Positions 1 to 8,240 are shown, counted from the stretch's first letter. The stretch is 64,000 nt of DNA from an uncultured Candidatus Saccharibacteria bacterium (GCA_964474825.1 CAYYWQ010000001.1:741609-805608); one strand, 5' to 3'. Notes: a model not told the origin generated them from the sequence alone. Made by a program: numbers and translations.

Positions 1-663
1 GTATTTCACAGCAATATAAACGAGTTCTGAAGTCAATCTAAAACCCTTAAAATCAAAGGCCTCGGCAAAAGATATTTCTTTTGGCAATAAATTAATAAAA
101 TCTGAAGCAAGTTCATTGCTTTTTGAAATTTTTATTGGTCTATGGGTTACCATCCCCTCTAATGAGAGGAAATATTTCCTTTCACCATCATTTCTCAATT
201 TTATTTGCCCCCATAAATAAAAATGTCCTTTTGCTTTTTTATGTAAATTCTTTAAATCTTTTATTTGTTTGATTTTTTCTGCGATATGATTTTTGATTAC
301 CAAAATATTTATAGAAGAATCTAAATTTTCATTTCCTACCTCTTTTTGAAGTTGATTGACAAAGTCATGCTTTAATTTTAACTGATCAATATCACTTTCG
401 GCGTATATACAGATGATAATCCCGACCTTATTTTTACTGTTTTTTCTCTGATAAAATCTAAACTTCATCCAAATTATTAAAGTAATTGTTACTATTAATA
501 AATAACAATAATAACGAAGGGCTCCAATTTGTGGCATTTTTTCTAAAAAAGAATCTAAAGGCAGAAAAATAAATAATTCCAAGAGGATTCCAGCCAAGAT
601 TGCTCTGGTTTTATGTAATTCTGAATTTAAAAATTTCAATAAATAACTATAAACTTGGTCCAT
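1..663 (-). CDS. Hypothetical membrane protein; partial ORF that starts at the ATG at 663 and runs off the window edge
   Basis: Manual translation of the minus strand from 663 (MDQVYSYLLKFLNSELHKTRAILAGILLELFIFLPLD...) reaches position 1 without a stop. It has two hydrophobic segments near the N-terminus. It is absent from the ORF track because it is truncated. Confidence 0.4.
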   Translation of the reverse strand, partial: MDQVYSYLLKFLNSELHKTRAILAGILLELFIFLPLDSFLEKMPQIGALRYYCYLLIVTITLIIWMKFRFYQRKNSKNKVGIIICIYAESDIDQLKLKHDFVNQLQKEVGNENLDSSINILVIKNHIAEKIKQIKDLKNLHKKAKGHFYLWGQIKLRNDGERKYFLSLEGMVTHRPIKISKSNELASDFINLLPKEISFAEAFDFKGFRLTSELVYIAVKY

Positions 664-730
664 GGATAATATTTCGTCTTATTTAAGATAAATATATCTT
701 ACACCTAAAGATTAAATAAACCAAGTTTAT

Positions 731-760
731 AAAAACCCCGCATTTGCGGGGTTTTTAATT
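731..760. terminator. Bidirectional rho-independent terminator
   Basis: GC hairpin ccccgcatttgcgggg (737-752) has an A-run on one side and a T-run on the other. It lies immediately downstream of the PspC gene stop on the minus strand. Confidence 0.55.
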
Positions 761-772
761 GGGCTATAAAAA

Positions 773-2563
773 TTACCAATTCATGGGAAGGGGTGGGTTT
801 TGGTAGGTGCTGGGTTCGCCGTTGTTTATTAGTTGGGGGGTCCCTAGGTAGTAAATTTGGCTGCTGTTAAATATGTTGTAGGTTAGGGTGCTGGTGGCGT
901 TTACTAGGGCGTCTGAGGAGTTTAGGGTGGTTATGAGGGCGTCTTTAACCACTAGCTCCCTGGCGTCTAAGTCTGAGGAATTACGTAGTTTGGCAGTAAG
1001 AGTTGTGGCTGAGCCTGAGAGACTTGCGTCGCTGGAATTGGTAAGATACACGCTTAAGTCTTTTACTACAAAATTTATGTTTGCGTCCGAGGAATTAGTT
1101 AAGGTTAGTTCTGTGCTTGTGGCAGTAAGAGAGTCGCTTTCTACACTAGAAGAATTATGCGCACTTATGACAGCAAATGCAGGGGCGGTAATTTCTACAG
1201 TGGGACTTTCGCTAATACAAAAAATACAAAAATGATTTCTATAATTTTTGTCTATGTTAAGAGTACCGTTATTTACCTTTACATCTAGCCTGTCTAAATC
1301 CCCAGCCCAACCTGTGGCCTTTACACTAAAATCTTTACCCTCTACTAACTTATAGTTTATAGAGCTAAACAACTCCAGCTTATTAAAATCTTTTGCGTCA
1401 AAACTTTTGTTTACAGTTTGGAACTGCGGGCTGTTTTTGACTTCTTCCACATACTGCGGCACATAACGCCCGCCCACAGACCCGGCTACTATTAGCGCTA
1501 AAAACCACACACCAAACAGGCTAAGAGCAATACCGGTTCTAAATGAACTGCGACCTGTAAATAGAGAGACCGCTGACAAAAGTAAAAACATTAAGGGTAC
1601 GAGTGCAATAACGTAAGCGGCAATGATGAGAATATAAAATGGAGCGGTGTGGGCAATAGCCAAAACAGGCAAGCCGATATATGGAGAATTAATGTTAAAA
1701 ATTGCAAAAGTAATTGCCAGAGTTAAGCCTGCCACTGCAGCGGCAAAAGCAATAACTAAAGAAAGAGAAATAATTTTTACTAAGATTTTTACAAACATGG
1801 AAATTATTTTACCAAGTCCCCTAAAAATTTGGCCTAAAAAATTTCCAAAGCCCCGGCCGCCTTGTTTACCAGCAGCCCCGGCTTCCTCTCCCATATTTTT
1901 TGCGCGGTCTTTTAAATCTTTTCCCCACTGCTTCCATTCCTGTTTGTCTTTAACTTCTATAACCCGTTCCTTAAATTCCTCAGCCCGTTCTTTTATGGTT
2001 TCGCTAATAGTGCCTAAATTTAAAGGTTCACCACGCATTTGCATTTTTTCCGTAGGAGTTTTTGCTTCTGGCATAATTATCCACAGTAAAAAGTAAATGG
2101 GAACAATAGCCCCCCAAGCAAATATTAATAAACCAAACACAGCCCGAACAATAAACGGGTCAATTTCAAAGTAAGCAGCAATACCAGAACAAACACCAGC
2201 AATTATTTTGTCGTCACCATTGCGCATTAACCTTTTTGGGGCAAAGGATTGTTTGGCGTTAGATGAAGCATTGTAGGCTTGTTCCTTTTTACCCTCTTCC
2301 CCAGCAATGTCTTCTACTGTGCCTAACTCTGCAATTAAACTTTCAACATTAGCTGCAGTAATTACAGCCTGATTGTCGTCTTTAAACTTTTCGCCAAATT
2401 TTTCCGCTATTCTGCTTTCCATGTCGGCCACTATTTCTTCACTACCGCTGTATTCCGAAAAGTGCTGCTTTATTGCTTTTAAATAACCGTCCAATTTTTG
2501 GAAGGCATCTTCTTCTATAAAGAAGTTCCTGCCGCCTAAATTTATACTGATTGTTTTATTCAT
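773..2563 (-). CDS. PspC-domain membrane protein with a C-terminal repeat/adhesin-like (DUF2807/DUF4097-type) domain
   Basis: The PspC signature segment KRLMRNGDDKIIAGVCSGIAAYFEIDPFIVRAVFGLLIF is present. Multiple TM helices follow. The C-terminus carries roughly 17-aa repeats (LTNSSDA...). The gene is downstream of a PadR regulator, a common operon arrangement. Confidence 0.75.
   Translation of the reverse strand: MNKTISINLGGRNFFIEEDAFQKLDGYLKAIKQHFSEYSGSEEIVADMESRIAEKFGEKFKDDNQAVITAANVESLIAELGTVEDIAGEEGKKEQAYNASSNAKQSFAPKRLMRNGDDKIIAGVCSGIAAYFEIDPFIVRAVFGLLIFAWGAIVPIYFLLWIIMPEAKTPTEKMQMRGEPLNLGTISETIKERAEEFKERVIEVKDKQEWKQWGKDLKDRAKNMGEEAGAAGKQGGRGFGNFLGQIFRGLGKIISMFVKILVKIISLSLVIAFAAAVAGLTLAITFAIFNINSPYIGLPVLAIAHTAPFYILIIAAYVIALVPLMFLLLSAVSLFTGRSSFRTGIALSLFGVWFLALIVAGSVGGRYVPQYVEEVKNSPQFQTVNKSFDAKDFNKLELFSSINYKLVEGKDFSVKATGWAGDLDRLDVKVNNGTLNIDKNYRNHFCIFCISESPTVEITAPAFAVISAHNSSSVESDSLTATSTELTLTNSSDANINFVVKDLSVYLTNSSDASLSGSATTLTAKLRNSSDLDARELVVKDALITTLNSSDALVNATSTLTYNIFNSSQIYYLGTPQLINNGEPSTYQNPPLPMNW
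900..1180. repeat. Imperfect tandem repeats of about 51-54 nt inside the PspC-protein gene, encoding the LTNSSDA-type repeats
   Basis: Repeated blocks gtctgaggag / gtctgaggaattacgtagtttggcagtaagag / gtccgaggaattagttaagg...gcagtaagagag are seen on the plus strand. The protein carries xLTNSSDAxxxxxxx repeats. Confidence 0.5.
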
Positions 2564-2584
2564 GGTAGTTAGATTTAGATTGTA

Positions 2585-2938
2585 TTACTGGTCGTACTTG
2601 TTAATTAAGGATTTAATTGACTTTGAAAGTGTTTCCCAATTTTCTGTAAGCTGGCTTAAAGTTTTTCTGCCTGAGTCTGTTAGTTTGTAGTATTTCCGCG
2701 GCGGCCCGGCTTTGCTTTCTACCCACTTATATTCCAGAAGTCCTCCGTCTTTTAAGCGCGACAGTAGGGGGTAAAGCGTGCCTTCCACCACAATTAAATT
2801 AAATTCCTTAAGCTCGTTTAAAATGTCCGAGGGGTATACCTCGTCTTTGGAAATAATTAAAAGCACACAAAATTCCAAAAGACCTTTACGCATTTGAGCC
2901 TTAGTATTCTCTATGTCTAAGCCGTTGTTTGCAGTCAT
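2585..2938 (-). CDS. PadR-family transcriptional regulator
   Basis: Winged-helix PadR signature: LLEFCVLLIISKDEVYPSDILNELKE...GTLYPLLSRLKDGGLLEYKWVESKAGPPRKYYKLTDSGRKTL. Confidence 0.85.
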   Translation of the reverse strand: MTANNGLDIENTKAQMRKGLLEFCVLLIISKDEVYPSDILNELKEFNLIVVEGTLYPLLSRLKDGGLLEYKWVESKAGPPRKYYKLTDSGRKTLSQLTENWETLSKSIKSLINKYDQ

Positions 2939-2987
2939 TTGTGTAATTTCTTACTAAATCTTAAATCTATAATCTTTCAACTGATTC

Positions 2988-3016
2988 ATTATACACCTCA
3001 CTACCTTTTTATGCAA
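2988..3016 (-). promoter_or_regulatory. Sigma70-like promoter with extended -10 (TTGCAT-17-TGnTATAAT) for the padR-pspC unit
   Basis: On the minus strand, TTGCAT is at 3016-3011 and TG-TATAAT at 2995-2988, about 50 nt upstream of the padR ATG. NAGATT-type heptamer repeats lie between the promoter and the start. Confidence 0.5.
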
Positions 3017-3040
3017 GGTACTAGGCTGTGGATAATTCCC

Positions 3041-3083
3041 TTAAAACAAAACCCCGCCGAGTGGCGGGGCTTTATGTTTTTTT
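3041..3083. terminator. Bidirectional rho-independent terminator
   Basis: Hairpin ccccgccgagtggcgggg (3052-3069) is flanked by an A-rich and a T-rich run. Confidence 0.55.
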
Positions 3084-3090
3084 CAGAAAA

Positions 3091-3300
3091 TTATTGGGAG
3101 GGTTGTTGATTGACATCTACGTTTATTTTATCGGGCACATTTATGTTAGTCCCCCCAGAATTAGTGTGCCTCATAGCAGGGAGAGCGTACATAAAGAATA
3201 AGGCGACTATTATTACTGCCAAAACTACGCCGACTATTACACCCACACCACTTCCGCTGTCACTATTGGAAGTTGGCGGATTATTAACTATAGTAGCCAT
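3091..3300 (-). CDS. Small hypothetical membrane protein (69 aa)
   Basis: Single strongly hydrophobic segment (GVGVIVGVVLAVIIVALFFMYAL). It is bracketed by terminators. It lacks internal Met and Cys, as short genuine ORFs often do. Confidence 0.4.
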   Translation of the reverse strand: MATIVNNPPTSNSDSGSGVGVIVGVVLAVIIVALFFMYALPAMRHTNSGGTNINVPDKINVDVNQQPSQ

Positions 3301-3390
3301 AAAATTATTCCTTTATTTAATTATGCGAATTCCTCTAGAAAATCCGCTTTCGACCTACCATATACAACGCCCCAAAAACAAAAGTGTTAC

Positions 3391-3425
3391 TTAAAAAAAC
3401 GAAAAGGGCGCCGCAACCGGAGCCC
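3391..3425 (-). terminator. Putative rho-independent terminator (minus strand)
   Basis: On the minus strand, gggctccggttgcggcgccc forms a stem with one mismatch, followed by ttttcgttttttt. Confidence 0.4.
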
Positions 3426-3449
3426 TTATAAACAACCAGCATGCCGCTT

Positions 3450-3794
3450 TCACCACTTCACTTGCCTGAAGGCCTGCACCAATTTCCAGCGAAACTCATT
3501 CTTGCGCGCCAGAGCGAGCAAGAATGTGCCGAGAGCGGCAAGTGGCAGCCCGACGCCGAACACCACTTTCTGGTAAACCACGAACCCGGCTTCACCGAGC
3601 TCGAGAAAATTCCAAATCGTGACGGTGTGGCGGTTGAACCGAAACAACCACGGCCAGTGGACCAACAACATGGATCCATAAGGCAACGTGATGATGGCCG
3701 CCGCCACCATCAGAATCCATCCAGCGCACCGCTGGAGGTAAATCTTTGTGGTAAAATCCATATCTCCCCCTAAGAAGACTAACCATAATAACAA
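3450..3794 (-). CDS. Hypothetical small membrane protein encoded in a GC-rich island
   Basis: 114-aa ORF with three clear hydrophobic helices (WILMVAAAIITLPYGSMLLV, VVFGVGLPLAALGTFLLALA). The island spans about 3430-3795 and is clearly GC-richer than its flanks. Minus-strand terminators sit on both sides. The overlapping ORFs in other frames have no protein-like character. Confidence 0.4.
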   Translation of the reverse strand: MLLWLVFLGGDMDFTTKIYLQRCAGWILMVAAAIITLPYGSMLLVHWPWLFRFNRHTVTIWNFLELGEAGFVVYQKVVFGVGLPLAALGTFLLALARKNEFRWKLVQAFRQVKW

Positions 3795-3821
3795 AAAAAC
3801 TGGACAATGTCCAGTCCTTTT
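3793..3821. terminator. Bidirectional rho-independent terminator
   Basis: Perfect palindrome ctggacaatgtccag (3800-3814) lies between an A7 run and tcctttt. It is directly downstream of the stop of the DUF2238 gene. Confidence 0.55.
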
Positions 3822-3833
3822 GGAGGAGAAAAG

Positions 3834-4451
3834 CTATTTTATTTTTATTTTCTTTCCCTTGTAATTCCACAAAAATATTAGGCCGGAGAACAAGGCTCCT
3901 AGAGTGTCACAGAGCATGTCTTTTTGCGCGTCCCAAATGTCGCCCTGGCTGCCCAGGAAGGCAATGCCCGAGTTGCCGCCTGCAGTTATGGCAAATATCC
4001 ATTCTATGAGTTCATAACCCATAGCCACAAAACCAATTGCAAAGAGGGAGAAGAGAAACATCATTATTTTATTTTTTACCAAGCCATAACGGAATTGCAA
4101 TTCGCAAAGTGCGTAAGCATAAAAGCCCACGGTGAAATGCGCAAAGCGGTCGTACATGTTGCGCTTAAAGCCAAACAAATCGTTCACAAAACTAAAAGGC
4201 ACGCGCTCAAAAGTGTAGTAGCCGCCAATAGTATGCATATAAACCAGCACGGCCATTAAAACATAAGACGTAGCAGAAAACTTTATACCCTTTCTGTAAA
4301 GAACGGTAAGGGCCACCGCAATAGCTGCAATAGGCACATTCTCGGCCCACCAGTCCGCGCGGTCAAAAGGATTAATAGCGCAAATAATGAATAGAATAAC
4401 ATAACCTACAAGTAAAACTTTGGCAGTTGTGTCTTTTTTAAAAAAGTTCAT
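3834..4451 (-). CDS. DUF2238 / YjdF-family inner membrane protein
   Basis: Multi-TM protein with the recalled YjdF-like segments GYELIEWIFAI and FLGSQGDIWDAQKDM. Confidence 0.7.
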   Translation of the reverse strand: MNFFKKDTTAKVLLVGYVILFIICAINPFDRADWWAENVPIAAIAVALTVLYRKGIKFSATSYVLMAVLVYMHTIGGYYTFERVPFSFVNDLFGFKRNMYDRFAHFTVGFYAYALCELQFRYGLVKNKIMMFLFSLFAIGFVAMGYELIEWIFAITAGGNSGIAFLGSQGDIWDAQKDMLCDTLGALFSGLIFLWNYKGKKIKIK

Positions 4452-4458
4452 TTAATTT

Positions 4459-4899
4459 TTATTTATCTTTTTTATTAATTATTTTATTAAATTTTTTTAA
4501 ATACAGCCAACTTAAAAATTTACTCCAAATATTTTTTTCTCTGGGATCCCTCATTTCGTCTAACATGTCTTGGGCTTCCTGGTAATCTTCGGCGGAAACC
4601 ATTTCGTCGTTATGTTTAAATTCACCATTGGACTGCGCTCTTATAACCTTACCAAAATTTTTCCCGTATCTTTCCGCAATCATTGCCATTATTTCAATTT
4701 GTTCCTCTATGGGTATAAATACCCCCTCCTTCTTATAAACATTTGCCCGTGCCTTACTTAACACAGGCCAAACCTTTTTTGTTTCTTTGGTAAACCTTTT
4801 AAATTCACTTATAACATTATTTCTGGCAACGAATTTAACCTCTTTTGCCTCCCGTTGAGCTTTTTCCAACTCAAGCTGCCCACTCCCTGTTTCTTTCAT
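4459..4899 (-). CDS. Hypothetical protein (146 aa, charged)
   Basis: Complete ORF in a tight colinear array. No motif recognised. Confidence 0.45.
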   Translation of the reverse strand: MKETGSGQLELEKAQREAKEVKFVARNNVISEFKRFTKETKKVWPVLSKARANVYKKEGVFIPIEEQIEIMAMIAERYGKNFGKVIRAQSNGEFKHNDEMVSAEDYQEAQDMLDEMRDPREKNIWSKFLSWLYLKKFNKIINKKDK

Positions 4900-4912
4900 A
4901 ATAATTTACAAG

Positions 4913-5467
4913 TTATTGATAACTATATTCTCCGTTTTTTAGGGCGTTGTTTATTATGCCAAAGGTTTCGTCGTTGGCTAAAATATTGGTAAATTTCCAG
5001 CCGTCCGCTGTCTTAGCAAAAGGAAACGGCCGTAAAACGCCTGCGTCCCCCACTTTTGCAAAAACCAAGGCGCACTCCTGGCCGTCTTTTTCTAAAAAAA
5101 CATAGCCAGTCATTTTAACTTGGTCCCAGGGCTGGTTTTTTTGGTCCATAATTTCCGGGTAATTAAACTGCTTGCGAACAGACTCCTGGTATCCAGCTAC
5201 CACGTTTTCCACCATCCAGTCCTTGTCAAAAGCTTTAATGGCCGAAACATAGGAAGTAAATCCGTCTAAAAGACCCTGACGGCTAACCTGATCTTTGCTG
5301 ATTACTTTTACCTGCTTGGGGCTATTATACAAAACGCCCATTTGCACTGTTACTTGATTTTGATTCTTAAAAACAATATTTTTGGCCTTTTGCGAATTTT
5401 GCGAATACCAAAAGGCTCCGGCCACTAAAACCAAAACTATAATAAAGATAGTTGCTTTAATTTTCAT
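4913..5467 (-). CDS. Hypothetical signal-anchored or secreted protein
   Basis: N-terminal hydrophobic signal/anchor (MKIKATIFIIVLVLVAGAFWY). The rest is hydrophilic. Confidence 0.5.
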   Translation of the reverse strand: MKIKATIFIIVLVLVAGAFWYSQNSQKAKNIVFKNQNQVTVQMGVLYNSPKQVKVISKDQVSRQGLLDGFTSYVSAIKAFDKDWMVENVVAGYQESVRKQFNYPEIMDQKNQPWDQVKMTGYVFLEKDGQECALVFAKVGDAGVLRPFPFAKTADGWKFTNILANDETFGIINNALKNGEYSYQ

Positions 5468-5514
5468 ATAAATAAGAGGGTCATTCCAATAAATCGGAAT
5501 GACCCTTTATTAAA

Positions 5515-6297
5515 TTATTGGGCTGTTGTTGATTCAGGAGTGGTAGTAGATGTATTGGGAGCTGATGATATTGAGCAAGTCTTAATGCCACCATTACGGG
5601 ATTCTAAAGCGGATTTGTTGTTGGTTTTCCGGGTTTGAACCAAAGTTTCTTTTGAAGTCTTAAAGGCGTCGTGGGCAGCTTTTACCGCGGCCTTGCGGGT
5701 TTCCAGCGCGGCTTTACGTGCGGCGGTAGATTTTTCCCTGGCGGCTTTAATTTTGTCTTTGTCTGTCCCGGCTGCTGCTAAATCTGTCTTTAAAGTTTCA
5801 GCAATAGATTTTATGGAATCCGCGTAATCGGTTGCCGCCTTCTTTAAAGCATCGGCCTGGGTTTGCCTTGCGGTCTTAGCGGCTTCTGCATAGCTTTTAT
5901 CATTGCCTGTTAGAGCTTCGCGGTAAGCTTTACGAGTATCTTGGTTTGAAGCAACGCATTGCTTGTAGGCTTCCTGTTTTGCCTTACGTTCAGCCCCAGC
6001 CTCTTCCTGCTTCTTTTTTTGTTCTTCCTTTTTAGCTTCTAATTGTTTTTTTTGTTCTTCCTGTTTTTGTACCCTTAGTTGTTTTAGTTCCTCTTGCTTG
6101 GCCTTTATGGCTTCCTGGGTTTCCTGCTGCTGTTGTTTCACTTTTTCCTGGCCTTCTTTACGAATGTTGGCAATGGTGGTCATTACCCCCAAAATTTGGC
6201 CGTCTATGTCGGCCGCAAAAGCCGAGAATGCCGGAAAAATTAAAGCCGCTGACATTGCCGCGGCAAAAGCAATCTTGGCATATTTCTTGCTCTTCAT
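5515..6297 (-). CDS. Secreted coiled-coil protein, K/E/Q-rich with a Ser/Thr-rich C-terminal tail
   Basis: Signal peptide (AALIFPAFSAFA). A long KQEE...EQKKK low-complexity coiled coil follows. The C-terminus is SSAPNTSTTTPESTTAQ. A7/A8 homopolymer tracts occur in the Lys-rich coding region. Confidence 0.55.
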   Translation of the reverse strand: MKSKKYAKIAFAAAMSAALIFPAFSAFAADIDGQILGVMTTIANIRKEGQEKVKQQQQETQEAIKAKQEELKQLRVQKQEEQKKQLEAKKEEQKKKQEEAGAERKAKQEAYKQCVASNQDTRKAYREALTGNDKSYAEAAKTARQTQADALKKAATDYADSIKSIAETLKTDLAAAGTDKDKIKAAREKSTAARKAALETRKAAVKAAHDAFKTSKETLVQTRKTNNKSALESRNGGIKTCSISSAPNTSTTTPESTTAQ

Positions 6298-6402
6298 TTT
6301 GTTTTTGTCTCCTAAGCTGCTCTGAAATTTTTCAGAGTCAAAATTAATGTATTCATATTATAGCAGATTTTTAACATTTTGTCCAATATAAAAATCTTAA
6401 AT

Positions 6403-7383
6403 TTATAAAAGTTGAGTTACAATCATGTCCAACAAAACTTTGGGAGGGGTGCTGGAAGTTTTAAGCTCAAAATCCAGCGCGGCAAGTTTGTTTAAAAATT
6501 CCAAAACTTTTTTTTGCGGAAACCTAGCCGCGACTTTTTTCATAATAAATAACCTGCCGCTCTTCCAGCCGGTCTTTTCTAAAATTGCCGATTCTTCAAC
6601 ATTGTCTTCCGCAAAACTTTGTACAACTACCACGTTCCTAAACTGTTCGGAAAGGAGCGCGTTAATTTGAATTACGCCCGCTTTTTCATCGGCCGAATTT
6701 TCCACTGTTAATAATTTATGCAGTAAATTAAGCGCCAAATCTTTTTTACCGTCCGCGATGGCATTAGTTACTTCAAACGCGTCAATTTCCAAATTTTCTG
6801 AAACTAAATTTTCTACATCTTCCTTTGTAATTTCCCGGCCGTTTGCCAAACCAATTAACTTTTTTATTTCCCCGTCTGCCTGCCAGAGGTTGTATATTTC
6901 CTGTACGTCTACAACTTTGCCGCCAAACTTAGTTTCCTTAGCTTCGTCCCGTCCAAGTTTAATAGCCAAAAGCTCTGCTGCATCGGCTAATATTTTTCCT
7001 TGTAAATTTTTTACCCTTTCCGTAATCCATTTATTTAATTCTTTGCCGTGCGGCAAGCTAAATTCCTTAACCGTGATTTTAGAATTTTTTAAAAGCTCTT
7101 TGTTTGCTGAAAGCCTTTTGTCTAATTTTTCCAGAACAAAAATAATTTCATTTTTGCTGGCAATCAATTGCTCTAAAATAGATGTCTGATTATACTTATC
7201 AACGCCGGATGACAAAACAAACACTTTGGCCATAGAAAACAAATCCTGCTGGCTTAATTCTTCAGCCGAAGGCAGCGGGTCTTCACCCGTAAACATTACC
7301 AAATCTGCCTTGGTCTTTTCAGCCAAAGCTCTAATGTATTCTTTTTTAGAAAAATCGTCTGGACCTAGGAGTAAACTGATCAT
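6403..7383 (-). CDS. holA: DNA polymerase III delta subunit (HolA-like)
   Basis: Length and N-terminal pattern are typical of the delta clamp-loader subunit (MISLLLGPDDFSKKEYIRAL...). The overall helical layout fits. Confidence 0.6.
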   Translation of the reverse strand: MISLLLGPDDFSKKEYIRALAEKTKADLVMFTGEDPLPSAEELSQQDLFSMAKVFVLSSGVDKYNQTSILEQLIASKNEIIFVLEKLDKRLSANKELLKNSKITVKEFSLPHGKELNKWITERVKNLQGKILADAAELLAIKLGRDEAKETKFGGKVVDVQEIYNLWQADGEIKKLIGLANGREITKEDVENLVSENLEIDAFEVTNAIADGKKDLALNLLHKLLTVENSADEKAGVIQINALLSEQFRNVVVVQSFAEDNVEESAILEKTGWKSGRLFIMKKVAARFPQKKVLEFLNKLAALDFELKTSSTPPKVLLDMIVTQLL

Positions 7384-7571
7384 GTAGTCATTCTAACATT
7401 TAAACATTTTAACATCAAAATAATAGGAAAAGCGGCCAAAAGACTCTTCCTTGGCAGAGTCGCGTATCTCCCCGATTGGATCCACATAGTAGTTCCTTTC
7501 TTTAAGAAAACACGAATCGCGAGTCTTTGGGCCGCTTAGCACACTAGCCTTACTCTATATTACCACCCCCT

Positions 7572-7859
7572 TTAAGTTGCTTCGTAAACCTTGTTTTGGT
7601 CTGGGCCACATAGCCCAAAACTACAGTGCATGATTCCGCTGGCCGCCCTGTTGGCCTGCTCATTCAGAACCAGAAAGCCAATTATTTTAACCCCGCCGTT
7701 TTGAACTGTAACGACGCGGATTAACTTTTCTTGGCCATTAATCAAGACTTTGTGGGGAGCCGTTTTGGAAAAATCGGCTCCGTTATTGAATTGTATTGTC
7801 ACGGCTTCTGCCCTCCGGACTGGCTTTGTACCAAACCGCAAAGCACAAAAAAACACCAC
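7572..7859 (-). CDS. Doubtful small ORF (95 aa) in a GC-enriched, structured intergenic region
   Basis: ORF present, but its start codon lies inside a terminator stem and there is no RBS. The region may instead be a non-coding RNA or leader. Confidence 0.2.
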   Translation of the reverse strand: MVFFCALRFGTKPVRRAEAVTIQFNNGADFSKTAPHKVLINGQEKLIRVVTVQNGGVKIIGFLVLNEQANRAASGIMHCSFGLCGPDQNKVYEAT

Positions 7860-7877
7860 CCGTTTTCCGGGTGGTGT
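7847..7877 (-). terminator. Rho-independent terminator (minus strand), gene assignment unclear
   Basis: Stem acaccaccc / gggtggtgt (7853-7861 / 7869-7877) with a 7-nt loop. On the minus strand it is followed by a T7 run (7847-7853). Confidence 0.5.
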
Positions 7878-8005
7878 TTGAAATTTTTAAGCAAATTCAA
7901 ACTTTACCGCGAAAAACGGATGGGCAAAGTCTTCTTAGAAAATTGTGCTAATAAATTTAACATATGGATATAGTAATTGATGCTTCAGACTTTGTCAATT
8001 AGGCC

Positions 8006-8034
8006 TTGAAAAAATAATCAAAATAATGTAAAAT
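8006..8034 (+). promoter_or_regulatory. Sigma70-like promoter TTGAAA-17-TAAAAT for tRNA-Lys
   Basis: TTGAAA at 8006-8011 and TAAAAT at 8029-8034. The tRNA starts 11 nt downstream. Confidence 0.45.
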
Positions 8035-8045
8035 AGCTGGAGCAT

Positions 8046-8121
8046 GGGTTGGTAGCTCAGTTGGTAGAGCAGCGGACTCTTAATCCGCTTGTCGAGGGTT
8101 CGATCCCCTCCCAACCCACCA
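8046..8121 (+). tRNA. tRNA-Lys (anticodon CTT), CCA encoded
   Basis: The cloverleaf was folded by hand: acceptor gggttgg/ccaaccc, D arm gctc-agttggta-gagc, anticodon stem gcgga/tccgc with loop ctCTTaa, T arm gaggg-ttcgatc-ccctc, then a CCA 3' end. Confidence 0.9.
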
Positions 8122-8132
8122 TCTAATAAAAC

Positions 8133-8163
8133 TTAAAAATACACCAATCTTGGTGTATTTTTT
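8133..8163. terminator. Bidirectional terminator between the convergent tRNA genes
   Basis: Hairpin atacacca-atct-tggtgtat is flanked by an A5 and a T6 run. Confidence 0.6.
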
Positions 8164-8240
8164 TGGTGACCTCGGCAAGATTCGAACTTGCTACCTCTTG
8201 GTTCGAAGCCAAGCGCTCTATCCAAATGAGCTACGAGGTC
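8164..8240 (-). tRNA. tRNA-Arg (anticodon TCG), CCA encoded
   Basis: The reverse complement folds as a cloverleaf: acceptor gacctcg/cgaggtc, anticodon stem cttgg/ccaag with loop ctTCGaa, T arm gcaag-ttcgaat-cttgc, then CCA. Confidence 0.9.

Noticed and set aside
1647-2096. Plus-strand ORFs nested antisense inside minus-strand genes (for example 1647-2096, 12435-13130 and 52038-52874 among others)
   Set aside because: They are fully contained in well-supported genes on the opposite strand and have low-complexity or atypical composition. They are typical antisense-frame artefacts.
3582-3602. ACGAACCCGGCTTCACCG on the plus strand of the GC-rich island resembles the RNase P RNA P4 3' strand (ACAGAAcCCGGCUUA)
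   Set aside because: No matching 5' P4 strand (GAAAGUCCGG) and no other conserved RNase P blocks were found. The position of the motif relative to the island boundaries does not fit a 350-400-nt RNase P RNA.
7384-7900. Possible tmRNA / RNase P / SRP RNA next to the tRNA genes
   Set aside because: No tRNA-like acceptor/T-arm ending in CCA was found on either strand. There is no tag-peptide reading frame ending in ALAA. The SRP helix-8-like stretch lacks the GNRA tetraloop. It is kept only as a generic structured-RNA candidate in the findings.
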